64,000 nt of DNA from Felis catus. Taxonomy: Eukaryota. This document shows positions 1 to 12,020 of this stretch, piece after piece. How positions within the stretch are numbered: position 1 is the stretch's first letter; every line of letters starts with the position of its first letter. Location: assembly GCF_018350175.1 (NCBI RefSeq), contig NC_058368.1, positions 119,352,001-119,416,000 of the forward strand, written 5' to 3'. The notes under the pieces were generated by a model. The model was not told the origin of the DNA. It ran no database searches and worked only from the letters and a program-made list of their open reading frames with translations. The position numbers and the translations under genes are program-made.

Positions 1-59
1 AGCTCCAACTCTCCATAAAACTCCCAGCTATCTCCCTCTAGTCTCCCATTTCCCTTACC

Positions 60-595
60 CCCAGTTCTAAACAGATGCATGGTAACCACAGATCTGTTCT
101 CTGTCACAATAGCTTTATCTTTCTGAGCATGTCACATAAATGCAATCACACAATAAATATATAACCTGCAAGACTTTTTTTTTCCACCCAGGTTAATGTC
201 TTTGAGATTCATTCAAATTACAGCATGTATCCATACTTCATTCCTATGTATTCTATTGTATGGAAATACCACAGCTTATATATTCATTTGCCCACTCTTT
301 TTCAGTTGTTTCTAGTTTTTCCGTGATGGTAAATAAAATGCTCTGAACACCTGCATATTTTTTATGTAAACCTAAGTGTTCACTTGACAGGGGTAAACAT
401 ATCCAAGAGTCAGGCTGTTGAGTCACATGGTAAACGGACTTGTAAGACACTATACCAAGTTACCTTCCAGAGCAGCTGTATCATTTCGCCCTCCAAACAG
501 CCACAAAGGAGAGTTCTGGTTGCTCCACATCCTCATCAGCACTTGACAATGTCAGTTGTTTTAGTTTTAGTCACTCACTAGGTACGTGGTGCTTA
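60..595 (-). mobile_element. Old LINE-1 (L1M-type) 3' fragment
   Basis: Antisense L1 3'-region motifs such as 'ttctattgtatggaaataccacag' and 'ttctggttgctccacatcctcatcagcacttg'; heavily diverged. Confidence 0.75.
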
Positions 596-1350
596 ATCTA
601 CCAATGGCAGTATAAAGTAGGTCCTATTATCATGCCCATCCTGTGAGTGAAGAAACCAAGGCTTGGAGAGACTAAGTAAATCCTGGCAGACTTCACATTT
701 TTTAAGTTTCAGAGACAAGAGGTGGCCCCAGAAAGCTTCCACATTGTGGTACAGAAGCAAGGTATTTACAAGACGTGTGTTTTCACATGTGACTTGTTCA
801 CAAGTCATGATGTTTTAATACACCTGGTTGATTTTTTCAAAGGAGGGATATTTCATACAACCATGAGTTTTGTGAAGAAGCTAGGGGATGCCTTCTATCA
901 GAAATATTGTTTCTTCGGGGGAGGCCATAAGAGAGGGCCAAGCAGACAGATTAAAGGCAGTGACGTGAATTTTCTCTTGCATGAAAAAAAAAAAAAAAAA
1001 AGGATTCAGGGCAAAAACACACAAAAAAAGCAAAGTGCTTTCTTTGACCTTTTACTTTCCTCCTGCTCTTTCCTCCCACACAGTAATCGTTGCTTTTTGC
1101 TGGGCAAGAAAAATGCCAGCTGTTTAAGAGCCATTTTTAAAGATCTGAAAAGAGAAAAAAAAAATTGACCCTCCTTTTTTTCTCCCATATTTTTCTCTTT
1201 TCTTATCTCTGTTGAACCATGATCTCAGGAGTCTCACTGCCTCCCTGTAGCAATGATGGGAATCCTCAATATGGGTCAATGGGAAGAATGAAAGGCTGAC
1301 CATTGAGTCCATTTACAAAGAAGAAAGTTAAAAAAAAACACCACATTGTG

Positions 1351-1562
1351 GGGGTGCCTGGGTGGCTCAGTCTGTTAGGCGACCGACTATTGATTTCAGC
1401 TGGGGTCACAATCTCACAGTTTGTAGGATCAAACCCCATGTCTGTATCTGTGCTGATGGTGCAGAGTCTGCTTGTATCTCTCTCTCTCTCCCTCTCTCTG
1501 TGCTCCTCCTGCACTCTCTCTCTCTCTTTCCCTCTCAAAATAAATAAATAAACTTTAAAAAA
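1351..1562 (+). mobile_element. Can-SINE (felid SINEC type)
   Basis: GGGGTGCCTGGGTGGCTCAG head, (CT)n tract, AATAAA/A tail; imperfect TSD ccacattgtg / ccacactgtg. Confidence 0.95.
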
Positions 1563-2249
1563 CCACACTGTGTTTCCTAGAACATATGTAGATCATAAGC
1601 CTGAAAATACCAACCGGGTGCCTATAATTTGGCTACTTTGTCTTCCACAGGTTTCTCCTTGTTTGTCAGGCACTTGGATCCACCATATGCACTTGACAAT
1701 GAACTGAAATCGGACAATGTGAAAGACTCAGACACTGGACAGGAACCAATTACCTTTCCTAAATAGGTGACTTTTCATTTTTAGAGCTAGAAATACTTGT
1801 TGGAATTTTCCAACATGGAATCCATCTTTCAGCACAACCAATTCTCACCTATGTGCTTCAGTAGCACGGACTTCTCTCCCTCTGGTAGCTTCCTCTCTCC
1901 CAACTACCCCACCCATTTGGGAAAGTCCTTCTGTTGTGCACAAAGTGTATTTTTAAAGCCATGTACCGGAACCTCAGTGCTGCTGGGGAAATCCTGCTGC
2001 CAACAGCTTTATTTGTAAGAGAAGTGCGTTGCAGGCTGGCTTTCTCAGGATTTCATTACACACCACAGAGAGCGGGGGCCCTCCTAGGGTAGGTCAGACA
2101 GAACCTGTGGATTCTACTTTTACCTTTCCATCCTTTCTGTAGGGGTCTCCAGTACCCAATTTCTCTCCCCTCCTCCCTTTCTCCTAGCCTTCATCTTCTG
2201 CTTCTTTCAGGCACAATGGCCCAAAGCTCTCACTAGCTCAGGAGCCAAA

Positions 2250-3100
2250 TGAAGCTGGATCCCTTTCTAACACCACATATAGAGGCAGATTCCAGATATA
2301 CGTAAATGTAAAAGACAACATGATAAATGTAACAGAGGAAAATGTGAGAGAGTATCTTTGTGGCCTAGGATGGGACAGGGTTTTATTAAGCAAAGTACGA
2401 AACATTAAAAACATAACCATAAAGCGAAAATATTGATTAATATGATTACTTCAAAAGTAAGAACTTATGCTCCATGAAGGGCAAAGTTAAAAGGCAGATG
2501 ACAAAATTGGAAATGATATTTGTCACATCTAAAACTGATGAGGGATGTTTCTTGACCTTATGTAACAAACACACACCATCAAGCAGAAGACAGAACCTCA
2601 GTAGGAGAGTGAATGGATACGAACAGGCAATCATAGAAGAGCACACCAGAAAGGCCCACGGACACTGAGATGTCCAAAATCATCTGTAAACAGATAGATG
2701 CCAACTGACATAATAATGCTACATCACTTGACTGGTGAAGGTTGGGTAAAAGGATAAGGTCAAGAGCTGGCAGGGCGGAGTGTTGGGAAACCCTTAGCTG
2801 TTCTGGTATTGCTGACTGGGGAGGCATTTGGGGGAGTCATCTGGCACTTCTGTGTCAAACTAAGTACATGTAATCCTGTGACCCAGCAATTCCTCTCCAG
2901 GTGTACACACCAAATAAAGTCTCACACCAATGACGGGGGGCAAGGAGCTGGAGGCAACTGGGCTGCCCATCGCTGGGCAGGCAGGTGGCTACGATGTGAT
3001 GGGTGAGCACATGTGGCAGTTAGAAACAAGGGATTAGATGTGCATGAAGCAACATGTGGGAACATGACACATAGTGAGTGTGCAAGAGGAAACGGAATGG
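2250..3100 (+). mobile_element. Ancient LINE-1 (L1ME-like) ORF2 3' fragment
   Basis: Degenerate ORF2 C-terminal sequence (ORF 2474 'KVKRQMTKLEMIFVTSKTDEG' resembles L1 'VKRQPTEWEKIFA...SDKG'); 'gtgacccagcaattcctctccagg'. Confidence 0.8.
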
Positions 3101-3255
3101 GTAGTATTTACCAGTACTATTTCCCCAGTACTATTTACATACACCGAAAGCACATACACACAGAAAATCATTATATCCATTTTGTATATAAAGAAAAACA
3201 GACACTGTAAATGCATTTGGAGGGATGGTAGTGGGAAATGGAGATGAATGAGCAT

Positions 3256-3283
3256 AATTAAATTAAATTAAATTAAATTAAAC
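3256..3283. repeat. (AAATT)n pentanucleotide repeat
   Basis: aattaaattaaattaaattaaattaaa read directly. Confidence 0.85.
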
Positions 3284-3362
3284 AAGAAAGGAGCCCTTCC
3301 CTGGACCAATGATAAAAGTGTGCCACAAATTAAAGAGTATTCTTCTTTTAAGGTTTACTTAT

Positions 3363-3591
3363 CTCTTTTTTAAAAACAATTTTTTTAACATTTATTTAAT
3401 TTTGAGAGAGAGAGAGACAGAGCAGTAGTTGGGGAGGGGCAGAGAAAGAGAAGGAGACACACAATCCAAAGCAGGTTCCAGGCTCTGAGCAGTCAGCACA
3501 GAGCCCGACGCGGGGCTCGAATCCACAAACTGCAAGATAATGACCTGAGCTGAAGTCGGACACTCAGCCAACTAAGCCACCCAGGCACCCC
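3363..3591 (-). mobile_element. Can-SINE nested in the tail of the adjacent Can-SINE
   Basis: Ends ccacccaggcacccc; flanked by taaggtttacttat (3349-3362) and taaagtttatttat (3592-3605). Confidence 0.92.
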
Positions 3592-3605
3592 TAAAGTTTA
3601 TTTAT

Positions 3606-3650
<45 letters not shown>

Positions 3651-3821
3651 ATGGGTGCAAGTGGGTGAGGGGCAGAGAGAGGGAACAGGGGAATCGCCAG
3701 CAGATTCATTGCTGCCAGCACAAAGCCCGCCTCTGGGCTCAAACTCAAGAACCCATGAGATCATGACCTGAGCCAAAATCAAGAGTCAGATGCTTAACCA
3801 ACTGAGCCACCCAGGCACCCC
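3592..3821 (-). mobile_element. Can-SINE with long (GA)n tract
   Basis: (GA)n at about 3609-3646; ends gagccacccaggcacccc. Confidence 0.93.
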
Positions 3822-4149
3822 AGAGAGTGTTATTAACATGAGCCTCTTTCTGAAAGTCATAGTAAAGAAACACAAAACAAATGTGCTTAGCTGATTCTCA
3901 AGCTTTCTCCAAAGCAGGCCTTCAACCAGGGACGGCCTCCCTGTCCTCAGTGATCACCTCTTCAGTCCTGGAACACACCAGGCTTGTGCCAGACTGCTAG
4001 AAAAGAGTTGAGACATCTTGACCTTTTGCCTCAGTCCTGTTGGTGAATCTTTTACCACCTACTTATATTTGGGTTCTGTAATTCTAAGTCTCACATGTGT
4101 AGGTGTCCATGACAAAAGGCCCCTCTTTTTTTTTTTTTCATAAGTATAA

Positions 4150-4730
4150 ATTATTTAGAAAAGACCAAAATGTCCATCCATAAAGGCTTGTTAAATAATT
4201 TTGGTACATCCTTACAACAGACTGGCTATGCAGCCACAAAAAGAAACAAAGGAGTCCTAAAGGTTCTAATATAGAATTATCTTCTAGGGGCACCTGGGTG
4301 GCTCAGTTAGTTGAGCACCCGACTTCAGTTCAGGTCATGATCTCGCGGTTCGTGAGTTCAAGCCCGGCGTCAGGCTCTGTGCTGACAGCACGGAGCCTGG
4401 AGCCTGCCTGGGATTCTGTGTCTCCCTCTCTATGCCCCTTCCCTGCTCATGCTCCATCTCTCGAAAATGAATAAATGTTAAGAAAAAAAAAAAGAATTAT
4501 CTTCTAGCATATTTTTAAGTGAAAAGGCAACATGCTACAATTTGTGTTAGGGTGAAAACAATATGCAAACATTTTTGCTTCTGTGTGTCAAACATCTCCG
4601 AAAGAATACATCAGAAGCTGATACTATTTAGGAGGAGACCCAGCAACTGGTAGACAGAAGTAGGGGGAGATTTCCTGATTTTTTAATATATTTTTTGATT
4701 TTTGAATCACGTGACTGCATTAACTATTTT
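4150..4730 (+). mobile_element. Ancient LINE-1 (L1ME-like) 3' fragment interrupted by a SINE
   Basis: 'aaaatgtccatcc...aaataattttggtacatcc...ctatgcagcc...aaaaagaa', typical of the L1M 3' region; resumes after 4507. Confidence 0.6.
4287..4492 (+). mobile_element. Can-SINE
   Basis: Canonical head and tail; perfect TSD agaattatcttctag (4273-4287 / 4493-4507). Confidence 0.96.
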
Positions 4731-4744
4731 AAATCAACATTTAA

Positions 4745-4960
4745 GAAAAATGTTTATTGATTTTGAGGGAGAGCACATGTGCACGCAAGCACACAGGAGC
4801 TGGGGAGGGGCAGGAAGAGAGGGAGGGAAAAGGAACCCAGAGCAGGTGCCGTGCTGTCAGCCCAGAACCCAATGGGGCTCGATCCCGCTGCAGTGAGATC
4901 ATGACCTGAACCGAAATCAAGAGTCAGACACTTAAGTGACTGAGCCACCCTGGCGCCCCC
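4745..4960 (-). mobile_element. Can-SINE
   Basis: Ends gagccaccctggcgccccc; TSD aaatcaacatttaa / aaattaacatttaa. Confidence 0.93.
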
Positions 4961-5281
4961 AAATTAACATTTAAAATGGTACATAAAATGGTAATTTTAT
5001 AATAGTCAAGGATTACATTTTCAAAAGATCACTTCACGTATGTATAGACAGTTACTAAGTAAATGTATGAAAATGATTACATTGCACCATTTATCAATAG
5101 CCACAAAATTACAAAGGGGATGAAAATGAAAAATGCGGGTCTGAGTGTAGAAAACCATATACTGTATGTCAGTACCTTTACACCAGATGAAGACTAATCC
5201 CTCTCGTGGTTACCTTTGGAAATAATACACTCACTGAACTGTGGCCTGCTATCGTCGAGTCTATTTTAGATTCCTCTAATA

Positions 5282-5683
5282 CAGGGTTTTAAAGTTGGGG
5301 GTCCATGGAAGGGTCTGGGGATAAATCCAGTAGGCCTCTGCACTTGTATGGTGAGAAACTCTACCTTTTATTAACGTGTTTATGAAATTTAATGTTTTCT
5401 TTAATTATGAATGCATTGGTAAGTCCTACGCTTTCGTTGCCAATAAAAATTAGATATCAGACCTTGTTTTAGATCTTGTTATTTAATGTGTTAATAAAGA
5501 AGCAAATATATTACTATAGTACAATTTTTATAGTTGAATAACTGTATTCAATATAACTGGTTTCTTTGCAATCCTATAAATTCTAATTTTATGCTCTTAA
5601 AAACATTCTGGGATGGAGGCCAGAGGCTTCTCTACAGTGCCACAGGCAAGGAGTCCCACAACATAGAAATTTAGGTGCCCCCG
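5282..5683 (+). mobile_element. Non-autonomous hAT-Charlie-like DNA transposon fossil
   Basis: Starts cagggtttttaaagttgggggtccatgg; internal 'ctgtattcaatataactggtttctttgcaatcc'; related right end also seen at about 54310-54466. Confidence 0.6.
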
Positions 5684-5919
5684 CAAGAAGGTCTAACTGC
5701 ACGGCAAGAAAATAACCATAATACTCTATGACCATGTGTTCTTTTTGAAGCAAAAAATTAAACAGTTTTGGCTAATTGCAAAAATCAAATACATTCTTGA
5801 AGATATGCTATCATTGAGAATATTTTTGAGAAACTTTATCAACAAAGATTCAGTTTTATACACAGAATTATCAGGCCTTCTATTATCCCTCATCTTTTAA
5901 CATGGAAACCATTTACTAT

Positions 5920-6120
5920 TTCATTAAGCAAATATATATATCAAATGTCCATATGTCCCAGGCACTGTAGTAAGCACTGAGTAAATTGCAATGAGCAGGT
6001 TATACATGGTACCTTCCATAGTGGAGCTGTTGTTGTAATGGAAGCAATCACCCACAGAAATGTTAAGAAAGAAATAAACTGGACAACATCAGATATTTGT
6101 GTTATGATGAAAATAAAGGA
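5920..6120 (-). mobile_element. L2 3' fragment
   Basis: 'atgtcccaggcactgtagtaagcactg...tggagct', typical antisense L2 end. Confidence 0.6.
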
Positions 6121-6130
6121 GGGCGATATT

Positions 6131-6347
6131 CTTTCTCTCTTTTTTTAGTGACTATTTATTTTTGAGATAAAGAGGCATAGCGTGAGCAGGGGAGGGACAG
6201 AGGGGGAGGGAGACACAGAATCTGAAGCAGGCTCCTGGCTCAGAGCTGTCGACATAGAGCCTGATGCGGGGCTCAAACTCATGAACCGTGAAACTATGAT
6301 GTGAGCTGAAGTCAGATACTTAACTGACTGAGCCACCCAGGTGCCCC
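6131..6347 (-). mobile_element. Can-SINE
   Basis: T-rich tail; ends gagccacccaggtgcccc. Confidence 0.93.
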
Positions 6348-6404
6348 AATAGGGTGAGTAAGAATAATATGGTGAGTAGGTACTTGGTTGTGGCATTGTT
6401 ATTC

Positions 6405-6530
6405 CTTCAGTTCAAATCCTGGCTTCATGCCCCACTGGCTTCCTGACCTTGATAAAGCCACAAAATCTAATTCCCCATTTTTGTCATCTGTAAAATGGGC
6501 ATATTAATATTACCAATCTCAAACAGTTGT
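6405..6530 (+). mobile_element. MIR
   Basis: 'gttcaaatcctggct...tgaccttg...tcatctgtaaaatggg' MIR core. Confidence 0.75.
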
Positions 6531-6885
6531 TAAAAAAAAAAAAAACTGGCCACTCCTAACAACTCCCTTAGAATCAAGCACAGAATTTTGAAAGTTTTAC
6601 TAAGTGTTCTTAAAGAAATTTCTATCTTGGTGTTGTAAAAAACAGGGATCTGGATTAGAGTCTGTAAGTTGTTCTTTAGTTTTTATTCTAAATCACCCAA
6701 TAACATATTAAAATGGGAAGCGAGAAAAAAACGACCTTCACAATTACCACTGTTTCCTATATCTTATGAGAAAATAGCATCTGGAGGACTGAGAACAGGA
6801 ATGAGGGATATTGTCTCAGAGCTTACGTAGAAGGACAGGTAGAATTTCTGGCAGGCAGAGATATTTCTAAGTGAAAAGTTGTGTA

Positions 6886-7113
6886 GGGGCGCCTGGGTAG
6901 CTCAGTCAGTTGAGCGTCTGACTCTTGATTTCAGCTCAGCTCATGATCTTATGGTTTGTGGGACTGAGCTTGGACAGCACGGAGCGTGCTTCGGATTCTC
7001 TCCCTCTCTTTTTGCCCCTCCCCTGCACATGTGCGTGCTCATTCTCTCTCTCTCTCTCTCTCTCCCTCCCTCCCTCCCTCCCTCCCTCCCTCTCTCAAAA
7101 TAAACAAATAAAG
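6886..7113 (+). mobile_element. Can-SINE with (CT)n/(CCCT)n tract
   Basis: GGGGCGCCTGGGTAGCTCAG head; TSD aaaagttgtgtag / aaaatcgtgtag. Confidence 0.93.
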
Positions 7114-7182
7114 AAAATCGTGTAGTTAGGAGATAACAGTCTCACAAAAGGGAGAGGTGGGTTCTATGGCGAAAGGAGGTTC

Positions 7183-7620
7183 CTTTATTCAGTATTTACT
7201 GAGAATACTACATGCAGGGAGGGTACGGAATGAACCAGACTGGCAAGTTCTCTCCCTCCCAGAGCCTGCACTCTGGAGGGGAAGACAAACAATACACAAG
7301 TACATAAACACTGAGCAATTAGTGAAGCAATAAAGATCACTGCACACACTAAAAATAATCTGAAGAGAGTAAGCAGGGCAGTGGGACAGACCAGGACCAT
7401 AAAAGGGCTTTGCAGGAATTCGAGTGGATGAGTGAGCCATCTTTTGCATATTTTCCTTTGGCTTCTGCACGGATAATGTACTGGGCAGAGACGAGAAGAG
7501 AAGCAGGGGGGCCTCCAGCAGCAGGAGGCTACTGTAGTGGGCCCAGGGAGACATGATGCTGGCCTGGACCAAGGTGGTGAGGATGCGGAGGAGAGAGGCA
7601 GGTGGGCAGATGAGTCAGCT
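7183..7620 (-). mobile_element. L2 fragment
   Basis: 'tatttactgagaatactacatg', 'aggaggctactgtagtgggcccagggagacatgatgctggcctggaccaaggtggtg'. Confidence 0.75.
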
Positions 7621-7679
7621 TGAACAGGAAAAGCAGGCACAAAGGCAGATGTAACAAAAGGCAACAGAAGGGGAACTTA

Positions 7680-7830
7680 GAGCGGAAAGAACACTCCAAG
7701 GTCATTCTGGCCCAAACCCTTCATTTGTGCAGATGAGGAAACGCCATCCCAGGAGGGTGAGGTGGCTTGCCATTGTCTCAGCAACGCGCCCAGCCGCTGA
7801 GCCTCCTGACCTCCCACCCAGGACAACTTC
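7680..7830 (-). mobile_element. MIR/MIR3 fragment
   Basis: 'aaggtcattctggcccaaacccttcatttgtgcagatgaggaaac'. Confidence 0.65.
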
Positions 7831-8329
7831 TTCTATCCACCATGCTGGAAAACCACAACTGGGGGAGGTACAAGCAGGCAGGGAAGAAAAAGCACAGAAA
7901 CATGAGGGAAGGAGGAAGAGGGAGAAAAGACAGAGGGGCAGTTGAGAGCCAAAGAAAATGAGGGCTGTCCCGATGGAATGGGAAGAAAATGACAGCAGGT
8001 GAACTAAAGGCTGGGCGCAGGGCGGGGAGGGGAGTGCAGGGGAGGACCCGGACCTTGTTGCTGGGAGTATTTAGGGCTGATGGTTTCCAGTTGAGGTTTG
8101 GGTTACTAGACCATTGCCTGGCTCACTGCAGCTGTCAGGCACCAGCAGCAGCAGTTGGGGGCAGCTGCCCGCACCACCTGAGCCACAGGAACAACGGCAA
8201 GGAAGCGCAGATGGGCAGGAAGTCGCCCTGGGTCAGAGCCAGATCAGCCCGGATCACGGCGTTCTTGCCCACCTCTCGGGATGCCGAGTCTTCCCGAGGC
8301 AGCCCAGAGAACAGAACTGTTTTTTTCCC

Positions 8330-8520
8330 ATCACCATCATCATCATCAGTCACTGTTGTCCTCATGTTCCCATTCCTCTGGGGCAGGCAGAGTGCTGGGG
8401 GCTTCACAAACATCTCTCTCTTTCATTCTCACAAAAACCTTGGAGGGAGGGAGCTACTACCTCCCCAGGTTTGCAGATAAAGAAACGAAGCTCAAATACC
8501 TTGCGTAAAACCATCTCAGG
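8330..8520 (-). mobile_element. MIR
   Basis: 'ttcattctcacaaaaacctt...tttgcagataaagaaacgaagctca'. Confidence 0.65.
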
Positions 8521-10059
8521 GCCAGGAAGTGGCAGCGAGCCTCTGCTGTCATTTTCTCTGGCTTAAGGAAACAGGGGGATCCTGCCTAGACTTCGCAAGA
8601 GGTGGTGGCATGCACAGAAGCGGACTGGGGCTTCCTCGCCTCCCACACATGGAGGCCGCCTGCCCTGGGAAGACAGGGCTAATGGGGCTAGGTGAACCTT
8701 TGCTCCTCCAACCTCCCATCCGGTCCCCTCCGGCGTCCTCTCCTCAGAATGAATGCTCAGCTCCACAGCTCCAAAGGCAGCTTACAGAACGCTAACAGAG
8801 CTTTCCCTTAGGGTTTTTTGCCCTGTTTCATCCCTTAAAATGTACAACTACTGGCCTTCTCCTTTTCCTTCAACCCCCTTTCAAATATCACTCCTATGAA
8901 GGTTTTACTTCTCTCCAGGCAAAGTAAATCACCTCCTCCTTGGTGCCCTCATATTCTTGCAGTTTGGTCTGAAGCACCTGTGTGCCTCCATCATACGATG
9001 GGTTTCTTGAGGAGAGGGATTATATTTTAATCGTTTCTCTATCCTTGGCACTCACTGAGCACTGTGCCTGGCATGATGGAAGCGGTTGATAAACATTAAC
9101 TAAGCTGAAAAGCAAAAAGTGGCAAGGACATCTCTTGGGGCCACTATAAATCGGCTGTTTCCAACCATGTTTCTTTAACTTAAATGGGGGAAGCTACTGT
9201 CATTTCCATGAGCACAGCCCTATTTTTTTCCATCGGGTGGAAGATTAAAGCAGGTAGCATATGGATTTCTTTTTGGGAGAGTAATACAAGTATTTTATAA
9301 GGACATTAGTGATAAAATTGACCTTTTCTTATTCCAAACTGCCATTCTGTAAGGGAAAAAAAAAAACAACATACGTACGTGTATACATATATGTAGATGT
9401 ATGCTTTTTTACTTTGAATACTTTTATTTCAGGTTTTTGCTCCACAGGCAATAGAAATAAAGTGACCAATTATAACACGAAGAATTAGCACAGCTATAAC
9501 TAGTTTTTGTGGTAAATGTTATACAGCACATGACACTGACACACTTTCACATGTTACCATATGTAGTATTATTGTAAATTCACTTGAGTTCTGACATTTC
9601 ACTATGAACTGAAACTTCAGAGATAGCACCATTTTCAGTGACACGCACTGAAGATGAAAACACACTCTCTTTTCCTCATCTATCCTTGCCTTGTTCTTTA
9701 CTAGAAATAGAGACATGGGAAAAAATAAAACCGGAAATGGCAGCAAGCACGCTGAAATCACAACTTAGACACATGACGATAATCCATGACCACTACATCC
9801 GTCAACGGTTCACCCCGAGTGGGAGCTCACTTGGACTCAGCCAGCAAAGCGGGGGCAGTCCGAGGGCTGTGTGCAATTGCCAACCCATCCTTTAAATTCT
9901 ACCTCCTTTTCTCCCACTCAACATATTGGGGCAAAAATATGCAAGGATGGTCTCATTATACAGGCAACTTTCAATCTTCCCTCACTATACTTAAAAGCAC
10001 TTCATCTTTAAAGCCAATAATACTGAATTTCTTTATTCCTCCTTCTACAATCATGGATC

Positions 10060-10275
10060 CCTCTAATTTTCCTCTTTCGGTTTTAAGGACTCTTGATTAC
10101 CTGAGGCCCACCCACATAACCCAAGACAATTTCCCCATCTTAGAGTCAGTTGATGAACAATCTTAATTCCATTTGCAAACTAAATTCTGCTGTGCCGTGC
10201 AATCTGACATAGTTGCAGGTCCTGAGAATTATCACATGGACATCTTTGGGGGAAGACCTATTATTCTGTCTACCA
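10060..10275 (-). mobile_element. MaLR LTR (MLT1-type) fragment
   Basis: 'aaggactcttgattacctgaggcccacccacataacccaagacaatttccccatcttagagtcag...ggacatctttgggg...tattctgtctacca'. Confidence 0.8.
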
Positions 10276-10344
10276 AGCGTACTTTGTCACTTGAACCCCA
10301 AAGAAAGACTTTTCATGTCCAAAGTCTCTCAGGTCATTAATTAA

Positions 10345-10740
10345 CAAATATCTAGTATACTAAGGTCACAGGAAATAAAGTGACCTAAAAATAATTTGTA
10401 TTCCTGTATACTAGTAACACACAATTGAAAAATGAACTTAATACCATTTGCGATAGCATACAAAAATATCAAACACCTAGGAATAAATTAACAAACGGCA
10501 TGCTAAAATCACTGAAAACTATAAAAACAGTACCGAGAGAAGATAAAGAAGACCTTTGAAAAAATGGAGAACTGTACTATGTTCATGCATTATAAGACTC
10601 AGTATTGTTAAGATAGCAATATCCCTAAACTGATCTACTGATTCAATCTAGTTGCAATAAAAATGTCAACAAGACGTTTATTAGAAATTGGCAAATTTCT
10701 AATGGGTCTAATTCTAAAATGTGCAAAACATTCACAATAG
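10345..10740 (+). mobile_element. Old LINE-1 ORF2 fragment
   Basis: 'tattcctgtatactagtaac...aaacacctaggaataaatt...aaatggagaactgtactatgttcatg...gactcagtattgttaagat', homologous to ORF2 at about 61700-62050. Confidence 0.8.
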
Positions 10741-11574
10741 GACCTATTTGTCATTTACGGTCAATCGTAATGCAGTTCAGTTGAAAAAAAATTATGAGCT
10801 TCTTCTATGTTCCAGTAAGTGGAGTAAAAAAGAGAAAGTGTTTGCATAACGAAATAAGCCAGCTCTGGGTTCAAACCCCAGCTCTTTTTTATATACTTCC
10901 CCATTCTCAGCAGCTTATCAGAATCTTCTGGGGAGAAAGCATGTGGATAGTTTGAAAAGGAATTCATGGAAGCTTGAGTACAACTCTCCACTGACCCCAT
11001 CCCTCATCAACCACCTAGATAGGAAAGCAGTGTTTTAAGTGAATCCTTCAAGTAATGCTATGCTGTTAGGTTTGTAACAGCAAACAGGTTTGACCGACCT
11101 GTATCTCTCACTTAAGTGGTTGTAAGAGACCGTGGAGAATACTACATTTACCCAAGCTCATCATGTTTCAAAAAGGAAAAGAGAGGCCCAAATGGGGCGA
11201 AGTGGCTTGCTCGAGATCACACAAATATCAAGGTAAACTATTATTTATCAAAGTTCGACCTGCCAGGCCTAAATGCCTAAGTTTGAATACAGATCCCAGA
11301 TCTGCCACCAACCAGCCATGTAACTTGAGGGAGAACCTCTGAAATCCAAATCCGTTACCTGAAACCATGGAGGAAAATGACATCAATTTTTTAGAGATAC
11401 TTTGAGGATTAATAAGATACTTGTAAAGTGCCCAGCAAATTGCTTGACATAGAGGATACTCAATAATTGTTTCTCTTTTTTCTTTCCCTCTCTGCCCTCT
11501 ATACTGAGCTGACCTCTCCTTAAATATGTACTCCAACGTGTGCATTACTTAAAACTTTTGTTGTATACATAATT

Positions 11575-12020
11575 CTATTCTGTTCAGGTTAACCCAAGGA
11601 AAGGGAGATAACCTGTTAAAAAGATACAAGAGTATCAGGAAGACCACAAAGTCAGTAACTTAGTCAGGCTTGGGGAAACCACCTGAACCAGAAGCCATAA
11701 ACCTGAAACTAATGTAACATTGTGGGTCAACTACACTTAGAAACAAAACAAAACAAAACCACCTTTCTTTTTCATATCTCTTCTCTGCTGGTTTCTGCAT
11801 CTGCTCCCTCCGCCCCTCTCTTCTGCTTCTTAATAAATATGATAACAGAAGATGGAAATTCTACAATTGACTTCTTCCATTTACCAGCCCAGACTCAATC
11901 ATATCATCTTAGTCCCAACTCCAGATTCCTGGAAAAAAGGATTTGTTTGGCTAGCGGTAGGGTGGGCCAGTAGAGTCATGTAGTACAAAATGGCTGCCAG
12001 GGCCCCACCACTCATGGTGA
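11575..12020 (-). mobile_element. Old MaLR-like LTR containing a tiny L1 3'-end insertion (about 11698-11760)
   Basis: MLT1-like 'ccaactccagattcctgg...aaaatggctgccagg'; 'cctgaaactaatgtaacattgtgggtcaactacac' plus an A-rich tail matches the L1 end at about 48150-48200. Confidence 0.5.

Noticed and set aside
722..1168. 148-aa ORF with poly-Lys
   Set aside because: Non-ATG start, Lys run comes from an A-tract, no recognisable homology
1651..1766. Acceptor-like ttccacAG followed by a short open frame (HLDPPYALDNELKSDNVKDSDTGQEPITFPK*)
   Set aside because: Weak donor, peptide not recognised, too short to distinguish from chance
7185..8795. Cluster of 90-160 aa ORFs
   Set aside because: They overlap L2/MIR fragments and GC-rich DNA; no recognisable domains or coherent splice structure
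9455..10385. gaaataaagtgacc repeated at about 9455 and 10372
   Set aside because: A 14-bp AT-rich match is expected by chance in 64 kb, and it does not bracket a coherent element
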